Assembly (NCBI RefSeq): GCF_046119375.1
Contig: NW_027362762.1
Location: 439,022,001 to 439,086,000, forward strand
Direction of reading: 5' to 3'
DNA length: 64,000 bases
Origin: Phyllobates terribilis
Lineage: Eukaryota
Shown: in pieces, positions 63,761 to 64,000 of the stretch
Position numbering within the stretch: the first letter of the stretch is position 1
How the letters are laid out: every line of letters starts with the position of its first letter
Program-made: the position numbers and the translations under genes
Notes under the pieces: model-generated
What the model was told of the DNA's origin: nothing
What the model saw: only the letters and a program-made list of their open reading frames with translations
Databases searched by the model: none

Positions 63761-64000
63761 CAGTTTCTCCCTCTGCAGGGAAATGTCTCCCCCTTCCTAT
63801 TCCCTTTCTTAGCTGCACAGGTATTAATTAACTCTTTCTTTGACATGCTTTCTACTTCAGCACCCTAGTCTATTTCCTTCAGATCAACCCATTGCATATT
63901 GCGCCACTCCGGGCGACTAGTGTTTACTACGGTCAGGACTATAGGTCTAAGGCTGTTAATGAAACACTGCAGCAATAATAAGGGATTGCTGCAAAATGAC

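Larger units (their letters stand above)
59190..64000 (-). mobile_element. Defective epsilon-like endogenous retrovirus (gag end, pro, partial pol, partial env, PPT, start of 3' LTR); extends beyond the right edge
   Basis: FMIHTGAA (protease); LNPATLLP; YFVDGS and AELKAL (RNase H); CLVCAKHNP, LQVDYIQLP and GKVECINGTLK (integrase); CWIC and CGHQAYKWL (env SU); AAAAAGGGAGAAAT|TGTTATGG (PPT and LTR start at 59220). Confidence 0.88.

Overview
Repeat-saturated eukaryotic genomic DNA, most likely from a frog or toad (inferred from the mix of Tc1, T2/Kolobok-type TTAA MITEs, Tf1/sushi chromoviruses, Penelope-like motifs and an epsilon-like ERV). No host gene is supported. Positions 1-21.6 kb are a ~149-bp satellite with three monomer types and nested higher-order periods (~2,090 and 7,463 bp). 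The array runs directly into a ZBED/hAT transposase pseudogene, and the hAT right terminus is at 34,094. The satellite therefore appears to be an expanded internal repeat of a giant (>34 kb) hAT element whose left end is outside the window. The transposase is split by a young chromodomain Gypsy element with a single open ORF and a Tf1-type self-priming site. The 3' part of the hAT element holds several antisense, degenerate copies of its own transposase sequence. The rest of the window is nested transposons: MITE > Tc1 > Gypsy, a fold-back Tc1 containing another Tc1, a Helitron-like element, a Tc1 with an intact ORF, a Penelope-like inverted repeat with tandem hammerhead-like motifs, two minisatellites and a deleted epsilon-like provirus. 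All coordinates, copy counts and identities were read by eye and not computed.
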